From positions 19,236-83,235 of the forward strand of contig JBASGW010000059.1 in the NCBI GenBank assembly GCA_049653745.1: a stretch of 64,000 bases of DNA. The letters run 5' to 3'. A program made the translations under genes and the position numbers. This DNA comes from Rickettsiales bacterium (GTDB taxonomy: Bacteria > Pseudomonadota > Alphaproteobacteria > Rickettsiales > CANDYO01). The notes beneath the pieces are model-generated. The model did no database searches. It saw only the letters and a program-made list of their open reading frames with translations, and had not been told where the DNA came from. Below, one piece after another: positions 37,992-48,043 of the stretch (position 1 is its first letter; every line of letters begins with the position of its first letter).

Positions 37992-38142
37992 TTTTTTCAG
38001 GGGTGGGTGAAATTCCCCATCGGCGGTATAAACATAGTTAATTGTTTGAGCCCGCGAGCGCTTATTTTTAAATATAAAAGTAAGGTCAGCAGATCTGGTT
38101 AAAATCCAGAGCCGACGGTTATAGTCCGGATGAAAGAAAAAA
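37992..38142 (+). promoter_or_regulatory. FMN riboswitch (RFN element) upstream of ribD
   Basis: TTTTTTCAGGGGTGGGTGAAATTCCCCATCGGCGGTA...AGCCCGCGAGCG...GGTCAGCAGATCTGGTTAAAATCCAGAGCCGACGGTTATAGTCCGGATGAAAGAAAAAA. All conserved RFN blocks are present and the P1 pairing is TTTTTTC/GAAAAAA. Confidence 0.93.
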
Positions 38143-38233
38143 ATTAAAATTGCTACATGCTAGCCGTTGTGGTTTATGCGTGGGGTAAATTTTATCTTTT
38201 TCCTCTGTTGTGGGCTTAACAAGCGAGTTAATT

Positions 38234-39307
38234 ATGCAACCAGAGAACCTAGAATTAAATCAAATTATTAAAAGCCCAATGAATCTTGCCCTACAATTAG
38301 CAGAGCTTGGAAAGAATACTGTCTCACCTAATCCTATGGTTGGTGCTGTTCTTGTGCAAAATGACAGACTGGTTGGTTATGGTTATCATCTTTATAAAGG
38401 TGATGATCATGCTGAAATAAAAGCAATCAGAATGGCTGGTTTATCTGCTAAAAATTCTAAGTTATACCTAAATCTTGAGCCATGCTGTCATCATGGCCTT
38501 ACAGCTCCTTGCGTTGATCAAATTATTAAAGCTGGTATAATTGAGGTGCATTTTTCTTCTCTAGATCCAAATCCAATAGTTTATGGCAAATCTACTCAGG
38601 CTCTAAAACAAGCAGGTATTAAAGTTTTTATAGGTCAATTAAAGGAAGCAGCAGAGCAGCTAAATGAAATTTTTTATCATTACATGAAATATAAGAAACC
38701 ATTTGTGATTGCAAAATGGGCTATGACCATGGATGGAAAAATAGCTACAGCTAACGATTCTCAATGGATCACAAGTGAAAAATCAAGAGAACATGTGCAT
38801 ACCCTAAGAAATTCTGTGGATGCTATTTTAATAGGGTCTCGCACCGCAATTCAAGATAATCCAATCCTTAATGTTCGTATAGATAATTTAGTAAAAATAA
38901 GGCAGCCACTCAAGTTTATTATTGGAAGTGATTTGCATGCATTACCGAAGGATTTAAATATATTCAAAATCAATCCTGAAAAAACTCATCTTATTAATTC
39001 TGATGATAATTTTGATCTAAACGCATTGCTAATTAAGATGGCAGATATTGGAGTGACAAGTTTATTAATTGAAGGAGGGGGATATACTTTATCAAAATTT
39101 TTACAGGCTAATTTAATAGATAAATTTTATTGTTATATAGCACCAAAATTTATTGGAGGAGAAAAGTCAATTTCTCCATTTAGTCAAGATATAGGAGTGA
39201 ATTTTATTAAAGATGCAAAAAAAGCTGAAGTTAAAAAAATAGAGCTCATTGGCGAAGATATTTTAATTCAAGGAAATTTTAGGAGAAAAAAATGTTTACC
39301 GGAATAG
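38234..39307 (+). CDS. ribD: Bifunctional riboflavin biosynthesis protein RibD (deaminase/reductase)
   Basis: PNPMVGAVLV, HAEIKAI and LEPCCHHGLTAPC (CDA zinc motif), plus the reductase half MTMDGKIAT...LLIEGGG. The track ORF starts at GTG 38210. ATG 38234 is the first ATG and has a weak SD, so the start is uncertain. Confidence 0.92.
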   Translation: MQPENLELNQIIKSPMNLALQLAELGKNTVSPNPMVGAVLVQNDRLVGYGYHLYKGDDHAEIKAIRMAGLSAKNSKLYLNLEPCCHHGLTAPCVDQIIKAGIIEVHFSSLDPNPIVYGKSTQALKQAGIKVFIGQLKEAAEQLNEIFYHYMKYKKPFVIAKWAMTMDGKIATANDSQWITSEKSREHVHTLRNSVDAILIGSRTAIQDNPILNVRIDNLVKIRQPLKFIIGSDLHALPKDLNIFKINPEKTHLINSDDNFDLNALLIKMADIGVTSLLIEGGGYTLSKFLQANLIDKFYCYIAPKFIGGEKSISPFSQDIGVNFIKDAKKAEVKKIELIGEDILIQGNFRRKKCLPE

Positions 39308-39876
39308 TAGAGTTTTTAGGTGAAGTTAAGGAAATTAAAATAAAGGAGTTTGATCGAGATTTTATAATTTTTCATCAAGAAGATATCAAACTTAAAATAG
39401 GAGACAGCATTGCAGTAAACGGAGTTTGTCTTACGGTAAGAGAGTTATGCGACAATAAATTTACAGTATCAGCTGGATATGAAACACTTAAATTAACTAA
39501 CTTAAGTAAAATTGAGTTAAATGACCAAGTAAATCTAGAATGCTCTTTATCCCTTGAGAAACCTCTTGGAGGGCATTTAGTTCAAGGGCATATCGCTAAT
39601 ACAAGTAATATTATTAGCAAAACTAATGCTGGTGAATCAATATATTTTAAATTCTCAAAACCTTTAGAGCTTAAAAATTATATAGTTAAAAAGGGCTATA
39701 TTGCTATAGATGGAATGAGTCTAACAATTTGTGATGAGGGGAAAGATTGGTTTGAAATAATGCTTATTCCACATACTTTAAGTGTAACAATAGCTAAGAA
39801 TTATAAGGTAGGAAGTTTAGTAAATATTGAAGTAGATATATTTGCTCGTTACATGGAGAAGTTATATGAAAAATAA
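39292..39876 (+). CDS. ribE: Riboflavin synthase
   Basis: MFTGIVE..., GDSIAVNGVCLTV and IAIDGMSLTI (duplicated lumazine-binding repeats). Confidence 0.93.
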   Translation: MFTGIVEFLGEVKEIKIKEFDRDFIIFHQEDIKLKIGDSIAVNGVCLTVRELCDNKFTVSAGYETLKLTNLSKIELNDQVNLECSLSLEKPLGGHLVQGHIANTSNIISKTNAGESIYFKFSKPLELKNYIVKKGYIAIDGMSLTICDEGKDWFEIMLIPHTLSVTIAKNYKVGSLVNIEVDIFARYMEKLYEK

Positions 39877-40468
39877 TATTCTTAAAGCCATTGAAGATTT
39901 AAAAGATGGAAAAATGATTATTGTAACTGATGACGTAAACCGAGAAAATGAGGGTGATATTATAGTACTTGCAGAGAAAGTTACTGAAGAAACAATATCA
40001 TTTATAATCAAAAAGGCATCTGGACTAATTTGTTTAGCAATTGACAGTGAGCTAGCTAAAAAATTAGATCTTAAATTAATGGTAGAAAATAATCAAGAAT
40101 CTATGAGAACAGCTTTTACAGTTAGTATTGATTCAAGACATGGAATTACAACTGGAATATCTGCTTTTGATAGGGCGAAAACAATACTAGATGCAGTAAG
40201 CGTTAATGCAAAAGCAACTGACTTAGTTAGACCTGGGCATATTTTTCCGTTAATTGCTAAAGATGGAGGACTTTTTGAGAGAAGAGGGCATACCGAAGCA
40301 AGCGTTGAGTTAGCTAAACTCTCAGGTTTTAAAGCTGCTGCAGTTATTTGTGAAATCATAGGTGATGATGGAAAAATGCTAAGAGGAAAAGAATTAAAAG
40401 AATTTGCAGCTCTCTATAAGTTAACATTAGTAAGTATCGATTCAATAGTAGATTTTTTAAAAGGATAA
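39866..40468 (+). CDS. ribB: 3,4-dihydroxy-2-butanone-4-phosphate synthase (monofunctional)
   Basis: [22 protein letters not shown] and [16 protein letters not shown]. The likely start is ATG 39866 after GGAGAAG, overlapping the ribE end. It is not fused to ribA. Confidence 0.9.
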   Translation: MKNNILKAIEDLKDGKMIIVTDDVNRENEGDIIVLAEKVTEETISFIIKKASGLICLAIDSELAKKLDLKLMVENNQESMRTAFTVSIDSRHGITTGISAFDRAKTILDAVSVNAKATDLVRPGHIFPLIAKDGGLFERRGHTEASVELAKLSGFKAAAVICEIIGDDGKMLRGKELKEFAALYKLTLVSIDSIVDFLKG

Positions 40469-40471
40469 AGT

Positions 40472-41053
40472 ATGTTTTCAGACATAATTAATTTAGCTAC
40501 TGATTTTGGAATATTTAAATGTTTTGTAGTTAAGGAAGGATATAAAGAACATTTAGTTCTTTTTAAAGGAAATATTGAAGGTGAAGAATGCTTTGTTAGA
40601 GTTCATTCAGAATGTATTACTGGTGATTTATTTAGATCAAAAAGATGCGATTGCGGATATCAATTACAATATTCACTAAATCTTATTTCTAATAAAGGAG
40701 GAGTATTAATATACTTGCGTCAAGAGGGAAGAGATATAGGGTTATTTAATAAAATAAAAGCTTATAAAATGCAAGATAATGGATTTGATACTGTTGAAGC
40801 AAATATTAATCTTGGATTGCCTATTGATGCACGACATTATGATATTGCAATAAAAATTTTAGAGAAGCTTAACCCCTCTAAAATTAAGCTTTTTACTAAT
40901 AATCCAGAAAAAATTAAGGCATTATATTCTTCTCTTAAGAAAATTTCTATTGAAAGAATAGCCATAAATTCACCATTTGAACCATTAAACGCAAATTATT
41001 TAGCTACAAAAGCTAAAAAAATGAATCATTTAATAGGAGATATCCATGACTAA
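40472..41053 (+). CDS. ribA: GTP cyclohydrolase II (monofunctional)
   Basis: VRVHSECITGDLFRSKRCDCGYQL and YLRQEGRDIGL. Confidence 0.92.
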   Translation: MFSDIINLATDFGIFKCFVVKEGYKEHLVLFKGNIEGEECFVRVHSECITGDLFRSKRCDCGYQLQYSLNLISNKGGVLIYLRQEGRDIGLFNKIKAYKMQDNGFDTVEANINLGLPIDARHYDIAIKILEKLNPSKIKLFTNNPEKIKALYSSLKKISIERIAINSPFEPLNANYLATKAKKMNHLIGDIHD

Positions 41054-41468
41054 AATAGCAATTATAGTTAGTAAATTTAATCAAGAAATAACTAATCTTA
41101 TGGAAAAAAATGCAGTTGAAAGAGCAGAGGAATTAGGAGTTTTTTCTAAGATATATAGAGTTCCAGGAGTAGTAGAAATTCCTATTATTGCAAAAAAATT
41201 AGCTTTAAAGAATGATTTTGACGCTATAGTTGCTCTAGGAGCTGTAATACGTGGAGAAACAACTCATTATGATTATGTTTGTAATCAAGTAAGTTATGGC
41301 TGCCAAAAAATAGCGTTAACTTATGACATTCCAATAATATTTGGAATATTAACCTGCGAAACTGAACTTCAAGCATATGATAGAATAGGTGGCAAGATGG
41401 GAAATAAACCAAAAGATATGATAGATACTGCTATTGAGATGATAAATTTAATAAAGGAAATAGATTAA
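41046..41468 (+). CDS. ribH: 6,7-dimethyl-8-ribityllumazine synthase
   Basis: IAIIVSKFN, VPGVVEIP, ALGAVIRGETTHYDYV and FGILT. Confidence 0.92.
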   Translation: MTKIAIIVSKFNQEITNLMEKNAVERAEELGVFSKIYRVPGVVEIPIIAKKLALKNDFDAIVALGAVIRGETTHYDYVCNQVSYGCQKIALTYDIPIIFGILTCETELQAYDRIGGKMGNKPKDMIDTAIEMINLIKEID

Positions 41469-41649
41469 GAATGATTTTTCTTAGTAGATTTAGTGTTTTA
41501 TATTCTAAGAATTAGAGTTGCTGAGGTTAGTGCTGAAGGTTAATTCTGATGTTTATAATCAATTTTAATAAAAATCAGGGCTCACTTTATGTCACAACGA
41601 ATTGTCGCATAATAAATATTATGGAAAGTAAATGGGTTTTTATCTATAT

Positions 41650-42423
41650 TCACTTTCTTATTCCTATTCCTAAATTCATCATCTTACAAGCTGATCCAAA
41701 AGCAATAAAACTAAAAATTATCAATGAAAATAATGCTATAAATGGATTAACACTTGAGGTTTCTAATATTCCGTAGCGAAATGAATTTACAATATATAAT
41801 ATTGGATTAAACATGGATACTTTTTGCCAGAATGATGGCAATATTTCTATTGGATAAAACACTCCACCCAAATATACTAAGGGAGTTAAAATAAAAGTTG
41901 GAATCCATGAAATATCATCAAAATTATTTGCTAACAAAGCATTAATAAATCCAAGAGTTGAAAATAACATTGAAGAAAATAAAATTACAATCACAGTAAA
42001 GCATAAATGCGCTGGATTAATTCTATCAAAAAAATAAGCTGCAGCTATAACTAAGGCTCCTACTAATAATCCTCGGAACATTCCACCACCAACATAACCG
42101 CTAATTATTAACCAATTAGGCATAGGAGAAACTGTCATTTCATCCACGCTATGATGAAACTTTGCTTGAAAGAATGAACTAACAGTATTAGTAAAAGAGT
42201 TAATAATAACTGCATTCATAACTAAGCCAGGAATAATATATTTAAGGTAACTTAAGCCTTGAGTTAGCTCTATATTTTTTCCAACAACTTTTCCAAAAAT
42301 AACAAAATAAAGAGTCATAGTTATTAATGGTGAAATTAAAGTTTGCGGCCATATTCTAAGAATTCTAATCACTTCTTTACATAAAATAGTGTAAAGGGCT
42401 ATTAGCATAGATTTTTTATTCAT
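41650..42423 (-). CDS. ABC-2 type transporter permease (YadH-like)
   Basis: 257 aa with six hydrophobic segments. Directly downstream of the matching ATPase. Confidence 0.8.
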   Translation of the reverse strand: MNKKSMLIALYTILCKEVIRILRIWPQTLISPLITMTLYFVIFGKVVGKNIELTQGLSYLKYIIPGLVMNAVIINSFTNTVSSFFQAKFHHSVDEMTVSPMPNWLIISGYVGGGMFRGLLVGALVIAAAYFFDRINPAHLCFTVIVILFSSMLFSTLGFINALLANNFDDISWIPTFILTPLVYLGGVFYPIEILPSFWQKVSMFNPILYIVNSFRYGILETSSVNPFIALFSLIIFSFIAFGSACKMMNLGIGIRK

Positions 42424-42432
42424 ATGTTTTTT

Positions 42433-43347
42433 CTATTTTCTAGCGGTTAAGTTTAAAAATAACTCTTCTAGCCTATTTCCTTGTAGATTTAAAGTTTTTA
42501 CCTCTATTTTATGTAATAAAAGCTGTTCAAACAAGTTAGAAACAGTATAAGGAGATTCAAAATTAATTTCTAAATTAGTAGAGTTTTGAAGATTTAATTC
42601 AAATCCTTTTAAACTAGGCGAAATTTTAAGAGGAGTAGATAATTCGGCTAAGTAACTTTGCTCAGAAAAAGATGCTAAAATATTTTGCATTAAACCTTGA
42701 GTAATTATTTTGCCGTTATTAATTATGGCTACATCGTTACACAAGCGTTCAGCTTCTTCTAAGTAATGAGTGGTTAAGATTATAGTTGTGTTTTCTTCTC
42801 TATTAATAAATTGTAGAAAATCCCAAATTTGATGACGAACTTCTATATCTAGGCTTGCGGTTGGCTCGTCTAAAATTAGTACTTTTGGTTGATGCATCAT
42901 AGCTCTAGCAATCATTAACCTTCGTTTCATACCTCCAGATAATTCTCGTGCCTTTGCATCTTTTTTATGCCAAAGTCCTAATAAGCTTAAGTATTTTTCA
43001 GCTCTAATTTTAGCTATCTTACTTTCCACGCCAAAATATCCAGCTTGGTTAACTAAAATATCAAACAGGGTTTCAAAAATAAAAAAGTTAAACTCTTGTG
43101 GAACTAAACCAACATAATTTTTAGCTTCGGATAATTGTTTGTCTATATCATAGCCAAAAATTTTAACCAAACCTGAAGTTTTTTGAACTAGTGAAGATAT
43201 TATGCCAAGTGTTGTAGATTTTCCTGAACCATTGGGGCCTAATAACGCAAAGAAACTCCCCTCTTCTATCTTTAGTGATAATCCATCAAGCGCTTGAACA
43301 TTGCGTGGGTATTTTTTATATAAATTTGATATCTCAATGGCTAGCAT
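42433..43347 (-). CDS. ABC transporter ATP-binding protein (ABC-2 / YadG-like)
   Basis: GPNGSGKSTT, LSGGMKRRLMIARAMMHQPKVLILDEPT and TTHYLEEAE. Confidence 0.88.
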   Translation of the reverse strand: MLAIEISNLYKKYPRNVQALDGLSLKIEEGSFFALLGPNGSGKSTTLGIISSLVQKTSGLVKIFGYDIDKQLSEAKNYVGLVPQEFNFFIFETLFDILVNQAGYFGVESKIAKIRAEKYLSLLGLWHKKDAKARELSGGMKRRLMIARAMMHQPKVLILDEPTASLDIEVRHQIWDFLQFINREENTTIILTTHYLEEAERLCNDVAIINNGKIITQGLMQNILASFSEQSYLAELSTPLKISPSLKGFELNLQNSTNLEINFESPYTVSNLFEQLLLHKIEVKTLNLQGNRLEELFLNLTARK

Positions 43348-43385
43348 TTAAAAATTCCTTAACTAAATTAGAACAGTAACTCTTG

Positions 43386-44306
43386 CTAAGATCCTTTAAA
43401 TTTTTGGCAACCAATAAGCCAAATTATAGAGCGATATTTTATACCATCTAACCAACTAAATTCAGTCTTATCGCTAAAAGTAACTGGTAGCATACTGCAT
43501 GGATTTTTTCTTCTGGTTGTTATAAATGCTTCCATTCTGGCTGGGTAAGCATCATATAAATTAAATAATTCTGGATTTTTATTATACATAATGCTTAGAA
43601 TAGATTGGTCATGTCTATGGTCTTTAAAATCTTTATATTCATCTTTGCTTTCAGAATCATCCAATAATTCATGATCTTCACAATAAGAAAGCCATTCTTC
43701 AATAATTTTTCTAGATTTCGCAGTGTTTCTTAGTAGAATTAAACTTGCATCTAATTGTATTTTATCTAAATAAGAATCATCTCCATTAGCCATTTTATCA
43801 ATAACTAGTTTTTTTATCATTCCTCTATTCGAATGGAAGTTAGGAAAAACTGTTATATCATTGGTGTGAGCTAGCTTTAATAAGTTGTAGATGCCATCTC
43901 TAAAAACTCCTGAACTATCTGCATATAATAAGACATCATTTTCAGGCATCATTTTTAATGTTTTAAGAATAAAATAAGGCTTCCACAACCAATAGCCTCC
44001 TCCCCTATTCTTAGTGAGGATTTTTTTATGTTTAGAATAAAATTCTGGATCAATATTATGTGGCTGATAAGGCATTATCACATCAAATACTTGATAAATA
44101 GAGGCAGACATCATCAAATTATTTTGATTTTGAATGTAAATACCTTCGTTAGCATATGAAATAAGCCATGTTTTTTGAGCACTGTAAGTTTTTTGGTGAT
44201 CTTTTATGGGATACATTGAAATATCTTTATTATAGTAAAAACTTTTCATTATTATGATACATATAACTAAAAAAGCCGCTAATGACATCCAATGTTTTTT
44301 TCTCAT
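43386..44306 (-). CDS. Membrane-anchored hypothetical protein, possibly a nucleotide-sugar glycosyltransferase
   Basis: N-terminal TM. Motifs GGGYWLWKPYFI, LLYADSSG (DxD-like) and HRHDQSILS resemble uncharacterised GT-A-like families. The assignment is from memory only. Confidence 0.35.
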   Translation of the reverse strand: MRKKHWMSLAAFLVICIIIMKSFYYNKDISMYPIKDHQKTYSAQKTWLISYANEGIYIQNQNNLMMSASIYQVFDVIMPYQPHNIDPEFYSKHKKILTKNRGGGYWLWKPYFILKTLKMMPENDVLLYADSSGVFRDGIYNLLKLAHTNDITVFPNFHSNRGMIKKLVIDKMANGDDSYLDKIQLDASLILLRNTAKSRKIIEEWLSYCEDHELLDDSESKDEYKDFKDHRHDQSILSIMYNKNPELFNLYDAYPARMEAFITTRRKNPCSMLPVTFSDKTEFSWLDGIKYRSIIWLIGCQKFKGS

Positions 44307-44432
44307 AATTTATCCGACAGTATTTTACTTATATTAACAAACATGCTAAACTAAAAATTCAGTATAGTTAAATTTATCCTAATTTCCATGGGTTAAATAC
44401 TACTAAATAAAAATTAAAAAGTCATCTTAAAT

Positions 44433-45596
44433 ATGCTAACAAGAATTATAAAAATTATTGCTACATCTATTGTTATTTTCTTAATTTACATTGCTCTTGC
44501 CTTTGCTAGTAAAGAAATAATTTTTACTAAAAGTACAGAAAATAATAAAGAATTTAGTTCAATTGATGAATATAAAAATATAAAAATTAAAGATCATTAT
44601 AAGATAGTTTTTATTATTACTGAGCATGGGGCAATAGCAGATAGAGAAGCTGGTTATAGAATTTTAGCAGCATGCAATAAGCTTGGTTGGGAAACTCATG
44701 TTTTTGAAAATGTAGATAAGCATCAAGAAGAAATAATCAAAATTAATCCAGATTTTATTTTCACTAATAAATGGAAGAGTGATATAGGGCTAAGAAACTC
44801 TTCCTTAAAGTATAAGACCTATGCTTTGCTTGCTCATCCAACTACCACCTATTTTGGTAATATTTTAAGTTTTTTTCCTGAATTTAAAGAGCATAAATTT
44901 CCCGAAGTAAAGCTTTTTGATGGTTTTGTTATTTCTGCTCCTCATATCAGCCTGTTTAAGAAATATATTGAAAATCAAGGGACTAAATTTTATGGATTTA
45001 GAGGATTCTCTTCGGTTCAATATGTTGATTATAAAGATATTGAACCTAGTCAAATTGTATACATGGGAGTGAACTGGGATAAAAAAAGAAAAAGTGATAA
45101 ATTTAGTAAAATATTCAAAAGCTTAGCTAATAAAAAACAGGCAGTTTTTTATGGAGCAAAGGAATCATGGGAAAATTTGGTCGGAGATTCATATAAAGGT
45201 TACTTTGAAGGACCTAATGGCTTAGCCGTTGTGAATTTATTGCAGCAATATGGAATAAGCTTATTACTACATAGCAATCAACATATAAAAACTAGTACTC
45301 CAAGTGGTAGAATTTTTGAATCTTCTGCTTCTGGAGCACTAGGTATAAGTGATATGCATCCATTTATTATTGAAAATTTTGGTAATAACTTACTTTATAT
45401 TGATACTAGTAAATCGGCTGAAAGCATTATTAGCCAAATTGAAAATCATCTAATATGGATTAAAGAAAATCCTAATAAAGTTAAGGAAATGACTAAAAAT
45501 GCCTATGAACTATTTGTTCAGAACTATACTTTAGAACAATTGCTAATAAATGTGGCTCATATGCATGAAAAAATTCTTTTGGACGAGTCTAACTAA
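44433..45596 (+). CDS. Membrane-anchored protein with GT-B / CgeB-like (Glyco_trans_1_2) C-terminal domain
   Basis: N-terminal TM. C-terminal SGRIFESSASGALGISD...NLLYIDT...EENPNKVKEMTKNAYE resembles the nxRxFEaxxxGa signature of CgeB-type glycosyltransferases. Confidence 0.4.
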   Translation: MLTRIIKIIATSIVIFLIYIALAFASKEIIFTKSTENNKEFSSIDEYKNIKIKDHYKIVFIITEHGAIADREAGYRILAACNKLGWETHVFENVDKHQEEIIKINPDFIFTNKWKSDIGLRNSSLKYKTYALLAHPTTTYFGNILSFFPEFKEHKFPEVKLFDGFVISAPHISLFKKYIENQGTKFYGFRGFSSVQYVDYKDIEPSQIVYMGVNWDKKRKSDKFSKIFKSLANKKQAVFYGAKESWENLVGDSYKGYFEGPNGLAVVNLLQQYGISLLLHSNQHIKTSTPSGRIFESSASGALGISDMHPFIIENFGNNLLYIDTSKSAESIISQIENHLIWIKENPNKVKEMTKNAYELFVQNYTLEQLLINVAHMHEKILLDESN

Positions 45597-45615
45597 ATAA
45601 TAAGCGGATAAATAT

Positions 45616-46698
45616 ATGGCAAGAGTAGCTACAGCAATTTTATCTACAGAAAACCTCATTCATAATCTTGATGTTATCAAGAATAAAGTAAAAAACCGTT
45701 CTGTAATAGCAATGATTAAAGCAAATGCTTATGGTCACGGATTAAGGTCAGTTGCTATGAGATTAGATGGAAAGGTAGCGAGTTTTGGAGTTGCCTCTGT
45801 TGACGAAGCATTAGCTCTAAGAAAGGTAAATGTTAGGGCTCCAATTACATTAATGTCTGGAGCTTTTGAACCTGAAGATTTGCTAATTTCTTCATGTCAA
45901 AATTTTCATTGTATTTTTCATGAGCATAAACAAATTGATTGGTTAAACCATATAAAATTACCTAAACCATTAAATATATGGTTAAAAATTGATTCTGGAA
46001 TGGGAAGATTAGGGTTTTCTATAGAAGAAGCAGAAAAAATTTACGAAGTTTTAAGTAAAAATAAGCAAATAGTTCAACCCATTGGCATAATGTCTCATTT
46101 TGCTTGTGCTGATGAGGTTGATCATCCATTAAATCAAATACAAATAAATAATTTTAAGAAATTTGTAAAAGATCTGCCTGGGCCTAAGAGTTTAGCCAAT
46201 TCTGCTGGAATTTTTAACTATCAAGATAGCTTATACGATGTTGTTAGACCTGGAATTTCTTTATATGGAATCTCTCCATTGTCTAATAAATCTGCAGATG
46301 ATCTCAATCTCAAGCCAGTTATGACTTTACAAACCAAGTTAGTAACTATGTCTAATTTTAAAAAGGGAGATTTTGTTGGTTACGGAGGAAGGTTTATTTG
46401 CCCAGAAAATATGCCAATAGGTGTGGTTGCTATGGGATATGGAGATGGTTACCCTAGATCTGCACAAGATGGAACCCCTGTCCTAGTAAATAATAAATTA
46501 TGCCATATAGCAGGTAGAGTTTCTATGGATATGGCTATGATTGATTTAAGAAATTGTCCAGATGCTATTGTTGGAGATCCTGTGGTATTATGGGGAGATG
46601 GATTATCTATAGAGAATATAACCCCTTTCACTCACAATATAGTTTATGATATAATTTGTGGAGTTCAGCAAAGAGTGAAGTTCTATTGGACCGTGTAA
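45616..46698 (+). CDS. alr: Alanine racemase
   Basis: AMIKANAYGHG (PLP Lys), RPGISLYG and GYGDGYPR. Confidence 0.93.
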   Translation: MARVATAILSTENLIHNLDVIKNKVKNRSVIAMIKANAYGHGLRSVAMRLDGKVASFGVASVDEALALRKVNVRAPITLMSGAFEPEDLLISSCQNFHCIFHEHKQIDWLNHIKLPKPLNIWLKIDSGMGRLGFSIEEAEKIYEVLSKNKQIVQPIGIMSHFACADEVDHPLNQIQINNFKKFVKDLPGPKSLANSAGIFNYQDSLYDVVRPGISLYGISPLSNKSADDLNLKPVMTLQTKLVTMSNFKKGDFVGYGGRFICPENMPIGVVAMGYGDGYPRSAQDGTPVLVNNKLCHIAGRVSMDMAMIDLRNCPDAIVGDPVVLWGDGLSIENITPFTHNIVYDIICGVQQRVKFYWTV

Positions 46699-46774
46699 CA
46701 TATAAGTTGATTTGTTGGCTTATTTTCAATAATTATGTTATTCTTTAATAGAAGTATTATTTGGAGAGATTTTA

Positions 46775-47806
46775 GTGATAACAACTTATTCCTTGTATAA
46801 AGAATTAGCTAAATATGGGTTTACAAGTGATTCCACTAAAAATTCATTAGAAAGTTTAATGCATCAAGCATCCATATTAAAACATAATGAATCTTTTCAA
46901 GATCTATTTCCAAATAGAGATAATTATAATGATTTAGCTCTTGATATGCTGAATTTTGTTAAAATGACACAAAAACATTTTACAGTTAGAAGTGGTCATC
47001 AAGAAAGATGGGAAATAACCCCATCGCAGTGGATGTTAGATAATTACGAAAGTAACATACAGCATCTTGAAATTCTTGGATTCATTAGTCAAGTTAAGCC
47101 TAGCAATCTAAATAATAATGCAATTTGCATTTTAGGTTCCACAAGCAAAACTATGCAAATTAGAATGGATTATACTCAATCATTTATAGAAGATACAAGC
47201 ACAGATAAAATAATTATGCTTTCTGGTGAGCGTTATGTAAACCCAAAAATTGATGGTTTAGAAGAAGAATTAAAGGAAATAGCAGATGCTTTTAAATTAT
47301 ATGATTGGAAAAAATTAACTGAAACACATTTAATAGAGAATATATATAATAAATCAAATTTTTTTGGAAAATTTCAAGCATATATAATTGATACTCCCGC
47401 TGGGAATCTTCCAAGACCAACAACTCAAACAACAGTGATAGAGCTAGTTAATTGGCTAAAAACTCATGATGAGATCAAGAATATAGTTTTTGTTTCAAAT
47501 CAACCTTATATAAGATATCAAGAAGCTATAATATCTCAGGTGTTACATTATTTGGATTATAAATTAGATTTTGAAGTGGTTGGTTCTCGATATATTGGAG
47601 AAAATGCTCAGTCGGCTATAGGATCTCTAGGATCTTATATTTTTGCTACAACTCCTAAGATTCTAATGGATATTAATCAAAAAATTGATTCACCACAAGT
47701 GATTGAATTATTTAAAGAAATATATGAAAGTCAGCCGCTGGTATATAGTGATCTAGTAAGTCATTTAGTTTCAAATATCACTATATCTATAATTGGAGAA
47801 GTTTGA
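46775..47806 (+). CDS. Hypothetical protein (weak DUF218/YdcF-like pattern)
   Basis: 343 aa with a GTG start in the track. AICILGSTS...IIMLSGERY...VFVSNQPYIRYQ loosely recalls DUF218. Not secure. Confidence 0.4.
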   Translation: MITTYSLYKELAKYGFTSDSTKNSLESLMHQASILKHNESFQDLFPNRDNYNDLALDMLNFVKMTQKHFTVRSGHQERWEITPSQWMLDNYESNIQHLEILGFISQVKPSNLNNNAICILGSTSKTMQIRMDYTQSFIEDTSTDKIIMLSGERYVNPKIDGLEEELKEIADAFKLYDWKKLTETHLIENIYNKSNFFGKFQAYIIDTPAGNLPRPTTQTTVIELVNWLKTHDEIKNIVFVSNQPYIRYQEAIISQVLHYLDYKLDFEVVGSRYIGENAQSAIGSLGSYIFATTPKILMDINQKIDSPQVIELFKEIYESQPLVYSDLVSHLVSNITISIIGEV

Positions 47807-48043
47807 GCCCCAACTTCAAGAAAACCTTTGCCATTTAAAGGCAAATTATTAACTCCAATGTTAACTATTCCTGCAGTATCTCCATTATATCTTTAACTAA
47901 CGCTTTAGTGGGTTGTTTTGCATTAGCTCTTGGACTTATCTATTGAAAAAGAAAAGTTATCAATTTGTACTTTTTATTTTTTTATAGTCTAGTACTAGGT
48001 TTTTATTAGTTTCTGACATTTAGTAAATTAAAATCTACTTATG

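Noticed and set aside
41549-41776. A 75-aa plus-strand ORF downstream of ribH.
   Set aside because: It overlaps the 3' end of the ABC-2 permease on the other strand, and it has no SD and no recognisable sequence.
47804-47896. The reading frame of gene 46775-47806 stays open for 29 more codons after its TGA, suggesting TGA read-through or recoding.
   Set aside because: TGA also ends cysA at the expected protein length. The extension (APTSRKPLPFKGKLL...) has no recognisable feature. It is most likely coincidence.
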